The notes under the pieces are model-generated. The model saw nothing but the letters and a program-made list of their open reading frames with translations. It ran no database searches and was not told the DNA's origin. 64,000 bases of DNA from Balanoglossus misakiensis (taxonomy: Eukaryota; Animalia; Hemichordata), in the NCBI GenBank assembly GCA_040954595.2, contig CM082581.2, positions 10,539,099-10,603,098 of the forward strand, read 5' to 3'. Numbering within the stretch: the stretch's first letter is position 1; each line of letters begins with the position of its first letter. Both the position numbers and the translations under genes were made by a program. Of this stretch, positions 63,915-64,000 are shown one piece after another.

Positions 63915-64000
63915 GTAAGTGGTAACACATATGCACGTTGCAAATTGCCTTATTTTCTACTGTCTGGCTCGTCATTCCTGCATAGGACTGGTCATTGAAG

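Noticed and set aside
1-64000. CRISPR arrays, tRNA/rRNA genes, prokaryotic operons or defence systems
   Set aside because: None seen; the sequence is spliceosomal-intron-containing animal DNA and its repeats are simple microsatellites or MITEs.

Overview
This is intron-rich, AT-rich animal genomic DNA, not prokaryotic. An invertebrate deuterostome is my guess from the protein sequences and intron style, but I cannot prove it. Two spliced genes lie in tandem on the + strand; almost all other ORFs in the supplied track are spurious. (1) A TIA-1/TIAR (TIAL1) RNA-binding protein gene has 9 coding exons from the end of RRM1 (16510) to the stop codon at 47176. Its 5' exons were not found and probably lie left of the window. 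It has a 23.8 kb intron, probably another of >16 kb, and a ~3.1 kb 3'UTR. (2) A HECTD2 E3 ubiquitin ligase gene has 13 coding exons from ATG 51450 to 63914 and runs off the right edge. Exon phases join into open frames for both genes. Most notable: a minor-spliceosome (U12-type) intron in HECTD2 (62459-63752); candidate stop-containing 'poison' exons with U-rich downstream tracts in the TIAR RRM2 intron, suggesting autoregulation; tandem RFX X-boxes in the HECTD2 promoter; an N-terminal CxxC..CxxC zinc-ribbon-like motif and overlapping uORFs on HECTD2; an octamer + DR5 motif cluster and many DR1/X-box motifs in the giant TIAR introns; and several MITE-like mini-transposons. All calls were made by eye, and no database search was run.
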